Assembly: GCA_944390835.1 (NCBI GenBank)
Contig: CALXQT010000010.1
Coordinates: 583 to 64,582, forward strand
Origin: an uncultured Alphaproteobacteria bacterium
Lineage (GTDB): Bacteria > Pseudomonadota > Alphaproteobacteria > Rs-D84
Length of the DNA stretch: 64,000 nt
Direction of reading: 5' to 3'
Both the position numbers and the translations under genes were made by a program. Below the pieces are notes generated by a model. That model worked only from the letters and a program-made list of their open reading frames with translations, searched no databases and was not told the DNA's origin. Of the stretch, positions 60,115-64,000 are shown piece by piece (within the stretch, counting starts at the first letter, position 1; every line of letters starts with the position of its first letter).

Positions 60115-60669
60115 ATGAAAGTTTTTTTGTCGGGATTATTACTTTTTTGTTGGGTTTTGTTTCCTAGTAATCTTTTTGCTGGTAACTTCATCGCAGATGC
60201 AGGTGATTTCATTTCTTTTAAAATCTTACCAGTGTATTCTTTCGCAGCAACTGTTTATAACTCTGATTGGGATACTTGGTATGATTATGATTGGAACGGG
60301 TTAAAGCAACTGATTGTGGTTAATTTAATTAAATCCACTGTAACTGATACGATCAAAGAAAATGTTTCTGAGCAAAGGCCTAATAAAATGGGATTCGACA
60401 GTTTCCCGTCTGGGCATACTGCAAACGCTTTTGCAAACGCTGCTTTCATTCATAGACGTTACGGTATTAAACAGGCAATCGTTCCGTATGTATTAGCTTC
60501 GTTCGTTGGATATTCCAGAGTTCAATCAAGGTGGCATTATACTCATGACGTATTGGCTGGTGCCGCTATCGGTTTTTTATCTGCTTGGATATTCGCGGAA
60601 AGAAAGCAGAATGTTTTTATCGCTGCTGATACAGAAAGCGTTGCCCTGCGATTCAGTACTGTATTTTAA
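60115..60669 (+). CDS. PAP2-superfamily acid/lipid phosphatase (exported)
   Basis: RBS taaggat. Signal peptide. Motifs KENVSEQRPN (KX6RP), PSGH and SRVQSRWHYTHD (SRX5HX3D). Confidence 0.8.
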   Translation: MKVFLSGLLLFCWVLFPSNLFAGNFIADAGDFISFKILPVYSFAATVYNSDWDTWYDYDWNGLKQLIVVNLIKSTVTDTIKENVSEQRPNKMGFDSFPSGHTANAFANAAFIHRRYGIKQAIVPYVLASFVGYSRVQSRWHYTHDVLAGAAIGFLSAWIFAERKQNVFIAADTESVALRFSTVF

Positions 60670-61241
60670 AATAATGATATCAGAAATATCCCAAGAGCTG
60701 CTGCCACTATCGCACCGATAGTTAAAGGCCAGAAATATTTTTTTACTATCGCGTTCGCGCGTTCTTGGAAAAAGTATAATAATGTCGCAACTATTATAAA
60801 ACGACCTGTGCGGAATATCGCGGATATACCCAAAAATATCCATATTGGATAACCAATAAAACCAAGCCATAAGGCTAATAATTTATATGGTATAGGGGTT
60901 ACCGCAGTCAGCACAATAATCAGTATTCCATACTTGCTGAACATTGGTTTAATCGCTGTTTCTATTAATTCGGGATTAGAAAATGTATTTATTAGCCAAA
61001 TGCCCAATGAATCCCATAACCATGCACCTATCATATATGCGATTGCACCACCAACTATTGAACCCAACGCCACCGCTATTGTGATTGGTACTGCACGTTT
61101 TTTATTCGCAATTATGGGCGGTGTCATAAATACTTCTGGTGGAATAAATAAAAATATTGATTCGAATACCGTCAGAATAAAAACAACCCATGAATATGCG
61201 CGACTTTCCGATTTGCTTAATATATATTCTGCAAATTTCAT
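60666..61241 (-). CDS. YqaA/DedA-type (VTT-domain-like) inner-membrane protein
   Basis: 191 aa. ..FESIFLFIPPEVFM.. and ..GSIVGGAIAYMIG.. pattern. Convergent with the PAP2 gene, with a 4-nt overlap. Confidence 0.6.
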   Translation of the reverse strand: MKFAEYILSKSESRAYSWVVFILTVFESIFLFIPPEVFMTPPIIANKKRAVPITIAVALGSIVGGAIAYMIGAWLWDSLGIWLINTFSNPELIETAIKPMFSKYGILIIVLTAVTPIPYKLLALWLGFIGYPIWIFLGISAIFRTGRFIIVATLLYFFQERANAIVKKYFWPLTIGAIVAAALGIFLISLF

Positions 61242-61331
61242 AAAATGTTCTCTCTAGTTAATTAGTAAAATTTACTTGATTGTAATTTAATCTTTTATAT
61301 TTTACAATCATATATATCAGGAATATTTAAT

Positions 61332-61688
61332 ATGGTTAAAAAGCAAAATAATAATTCAAATCGGGCTCAACGGGTCGCAAGTAAAGTTCAAACGTTGGTC
61401 GCAGAAATTCTGCGCGATGATTATAGTGATGATGGTCTTGTCGCAGGCGTGTCGCTGGTTGGTGCGGTTGCACATGGGGGGCTGCAATTCGTACGTCTTT
61501 TTTATTATTCTAGAAATACTGATATTGATGCCGTCCAACGTCGCTTAGACGAAATTACAAAAACTGTTCGTTATGAATTAGCATCTCGTATGGATCAGAA
61601 ATATGTCCCTGATATTAGATTTGAATATGATGATACCTTGGATAGGGCGGAACGCATAGACGCCTTATTAGAAAATATAGACAAATAA
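61332..61688 (+). CDS. rbfA: Ribosome-binding factor A
   Basis: RAQRVASKVQTLVAEILR.. and ..VPDIRFEYDDTLDRAERIDALL. 118 aa. Confidence 0.9.
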   Translation: MVKKQNNNSNRAQRVASKVQTLVAEILRDDYSDDGLVAGVSLVGAVAHGGLQFVRLFYYSRNTDIDAVQRRLDEITKTVRYELASRMDQKYVPDIRFEYDDTLDRAERIDALLENIDK

Positions 61689-61774
61689 CATAAGTTTTTT
61701 GAAATTTTATAGTTGCGACTTCCTTTATACTGGTGTATCATTGCCGCGTATACTACTTTCGGTACGGGTTTTTT

Positions 61775-63574
61775 ATGAGTCAACAAAATATCAGAAATTT
61801 TGCAATCGTTGCACATATTGATCATGGAAAGTCAACTTTGTCTGACAGGTTGATTGAGTATACTGGTGGGCTGCAATCGCGAGAAATGAAAGCGCAAGTA
61901 CTGGATTCTATGGATATCGAACGTGAACGTGGTATTACAATTAAAGCACAGACGGTGCGCTTAAATTATAAAGCAAAAAATGGTCAAACTTATCAGCTGA
62001 ATTTAATGGATACCCCTGGACACGTTGATTTTTCTTATGAGGTATCTCGTAGTTTGGCGGCTTGTGAAGGGGCGTTGATTTTAGTAGACGCAACACAAGG
62101 TGTGCAAGCTCAGACGTTAGCAAATGCATATCTTGCGCTGGATAACGATTTAGAGATGTTACCTGTATTGAATAAAATTGATTTACCGTCCAGTGACGTT
62201 GCAGGTACACGTGAACAGATTGCGGACGTTATCGGACTGGATGCGGCGGGGGCTTTATGTGTATCTGGTAAAACAGGAGAAGGTGTTCCAGAATTGTTGG
62301 AAGAAATCGTAAATAAACTGCCGTCTCCTCGTGGTGATGAAAATGCACCGTCAAGAGCATTATTGGTGGATTCTTGGTACGATTCGTATTTAGGCGTTGT
62401 CATTTTAGTACGCGTTGTTGACGGCAGATTGGTGCGCGGTCAGAAAATAAAATTTATGGCAACAGGTGCTGAATATGTAATTGAAAAAATTGGTTATTTT
62501 ACCCCAAAAATGGTTGATGCCGATTCGTTAGAAACAGGTGAAATAGGTTTTATTATCACAGGAATGAAAACAATACATGACTGTAAGGTTGGTGATACTA
62601 TAACTGATGCTAAGACCGCCGAAAATAGTGAACCTTTGCCGGGGTTTAAACCGTCTATTCCCGTTGTGTTTTCTTCGTTTTTCCCAGTTGAGGCTGATGA
62701 TTATCCCACTTTGCGGGATAGCGCTGAAAAACTGGCTTTAAATGATGCATCCTTCATGTTTACAACAGAAAAGTCCTCTGCGCTGGGATTTGGATTGCGC
62801 TGTGGTTTTTTAGGTTTGTTACACATGGAAATAATAAGTGAACGCTTGCGTCGAGAGTTTAATTTAACACTAATAAATACTGTCCCAAGTGTGTTGTATA
62901 AAGTTCATTTGCGTGATGGCAGTATTATCGACTTAGAAAATCCTGCAGATATGCCAGACCCAACAAAAATTGCTTCTATCGAAGAACCATGGGTTAGGGC
63001 GACAATCATGATGCCAGATAAGTATATGGGTGGCATTATGTCTCTATGTTCAGAGCGACGCGGGGTACAAGAAAACATTTCTTATGTCGGTAATAGGGCG
63101 GTATTGGTTTATCAATTGCCTTTGGCGGAAATTGTTTTTGATTTTTATGATAGAGTAAAGTCTATTTCTTCTGGTTATGCATCATTTGACTACGTTGTGC
63201 AGGGTTATCAGGCGTCTGATTTAGTCAAGGTTTCTATATTGGTCAATGATGAAAATGTGGAACCGTTATCGTTTATGTGCCATCGAAGTTTCGCCGAAAA
63301 GCGCGGACGACAGATTGTTGAAAGATTAAAAGATTTAATTCCGCGTCATCAATTTAAAATACCTTTGCAGGCGGCAATCGGTGGAAAAATTATAGCGCGT
63401 GAGACAATCGCTGCGTATCGTAAAGATGTTACGGCTAAGTGTTATGGTGGTGATATCACACGAAAAAGAAAATTATTGGAGAAGCAGAAAGAGGGTAAAA
63501 AACGTATGCGGACGTTCGGTAATGTTGAAATCCCACAGTCGGCATTCATTAACGCATTAAAGGTATCTAATTAA
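61775..63574 (+). CDS. lepA: Translation elongation factor 4 (LepA)
   Basis: [30 protein letters not shown]-motifs. LepA-specific C-terminus ..[22 protein letters not shown]... I prefer ATG 61775. Confidence 0.95.
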   Translation: MSQQNIRNFAIVAHIDHGKSTLSDRLIEYTGGLQSREMKAQVLDSMDIERERGITIKAQTVRLNYKAKNGQTYQLNLMDTPGHVDFSYEVSRSLAACEGALILVDATQGVQAQTLANAYLALDNDLEMLPVLNKIDLPSSDVAGTREQIADVIGLDAAGALCVSGKTGEGVPELLEEIVNKLPSPRGDENAPSRALLVDSWYDSYLGVVILVRVVDGRLVRGQKIKFMATGAEYVIEKIGYFTPKMVDADSLETGEIGFIITGMKTIHDCKVGDTITDAKTAENSEPLPGFKPSIPVVFSSFFPVEADDYPTLRDSAEKLALNDASFMFTTEKSSALGFGLRCGFLGLLHMEIISERLRREFNLTLINTVPSVLYKVHLRDGSIIDLENPADMPDPTKIASIEEPWVRATIMMPDKYMGGIMSLCSERRGVQENISYVGNRAVLVYQLPLAEIVFDFYDRVKSISSGYASFDYVVQGYQASDLVKVSILVNDENVEPLSFMCHRSFAEKRGRQIVERLKDLIPRHQFKIPLQAAIGGKIIARETIAAYRKDVTAKCYGGDITRKRKLLEKQKEGKKRMRTFGNVEIPQSAFINALKVSN

Positions 63575-63591
63575 ATAAAGGATTTATAGTT

Positions 63592-63999
63592 ATGTTAAAT
63601 ATTTTTAAATATGTTTTGAATAATACTATTACAGATATTCGTTCAGATATTGCAGAGTATGGCACATTAAGCCGAACAGTTAGTTCGTTGAAAAAAGATA
63701 AGACTGATAAGTATAAAGCGTTGCGTGTGGAGAATGGTTGTATCTCTGTACGTACAGAGATTGACGCTATTGGGTTTTCTTCTATAACGGATGAGAAAGG
63801 ATCGAGAAATATAGATTTGGTTGAATATGAAAAGGAAACGTATTTTCCGTGCAGTAATTTATCAGAAAGTTTGTGTATAAATACTAAGTGTCCGCATTTT
63901 CAAAAAAATCAAAAATATATGGAATCAAACAGCGCATATGAAAAAGCTTTACAAATGAAACGAGCGTTTTGGGATAAAAAAATTGCTCGTGAGAAATAA
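63592..63999 (+). CDS. Hypothetical protein (135 aa)
   Basis: ORF with RBS aaaggat. No motif recognised. Its stop codon lies at the last full codon of the window. Confidence 0.45.
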   Translation: MLNIFKYVLNNTITDIRSDIAEYGTLSRTVSSLKKDKTDKYKALRVENGCISVRTEIDAIGFSSITDEKGSRNIDLVEYEKETYFPCSNLSESLCINTKCPHFQKNQKYMESNSAYEKALQMKRAFWDKKIAREK

Positions 64000-64000
64000 G

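Noticed and set aside
59931-60212. A 93-aa minus-strand ORF spanning the PAP2 leader and the PAP2 start.
   Set aside because: It runs antisense through a promoter, a terminator and an RBS, and has no start context. The region is better explained as a structured plus-strand leader.
1-64000. Alternative genetic code (TGA read as Trp), CRISPR arrays, IS elements and rRNA genes.
   Set aside because: - TGA terminates several well-defined genes, such as nrnA, tatB and the nuclease, at the expected lengths.
- No repeat-spacer periodicity is present.
- No transposase-like ORF or terminal inverted repeats were seen.
- No rRNA-like sequence was seen.

Overview
This is an AT-rich chromosomal window from a diderm bacterium. 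It has Tol-Pal, LolA, AsmA, TatBC, FtsEX, Omp25/31-like barrels and an autotransporter, and TGA is used as a stop codon. The gene content suggests a reduced, host-associated, proteobacterium-like lineage, but this is inference only: an S20 with a Rickettsia-like MANHKS N-terminus points one way and a CdaA c-di-AMP cyclase points another.

I call about 65 protein genes. Most are tightly packed housekeeping genes, often translationally coupled: recJ, nrnA, lolA, tatB, tatC, nlpD, miaB, gatCAB, ruvX, sufBC, rpsT, plsY, dprA, dnaA, parE, dnaJ, pgsA, uvrC, rluC-like, asmA, cdaA, dnaN, ppa, efp, fba, tolB, plsC, ftsEX, pal, rbfA and lepA. There are two tRNAs (Lys-CUU on the minus strand, Phe-GAA on the plus strand) and many clear rho-independent terminators. 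I saw no rRNA, CRISPR array, IS element, integrase or prophage core genes.

The accessory content is almost entirely cell-envelope or exported proteins.

1. At 52.2-59.8 kb, an OMP-barrel gene carries a G9 tract exactly in its promoter spacer. It is followed by four tandem genes for Sec-exported, Ala/Thr-rich fibrous proteins. These carry phage-tail-fibre-like sequence boxes and a collagen-like GXY run, and they lack any recognisable anchor. This is my best candidate for an undescribed surface-fibre system.
2. At 41.3-45.5 kb there is an islet of exported proteins: three mosaic tandem lipoprotein paralogs, a Cys-rich protein with eukaryote-like Cys repeats, and a VirB2-like small membrane protein. 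An RHH regulator plus DinD/Bro-like gene pair sits beside it.
3. At 19.2-21.7 kb there is an orphan TcpQ/PilL-like plus PilN-like lipoprotein secretin pair. An unlinked atypical type IV pilin gene lies at 33.4 kb.
4. Two structured non-coding regions stand out: a roughly 200-nt terminator-containing leader with pseudoknot potential upstream of a PAP2 phosphatase, and a multi-hairpin region upstream of a divergent dnaA.

All functional calls come from reading motifs in the translated ORFs. No database search was possible.
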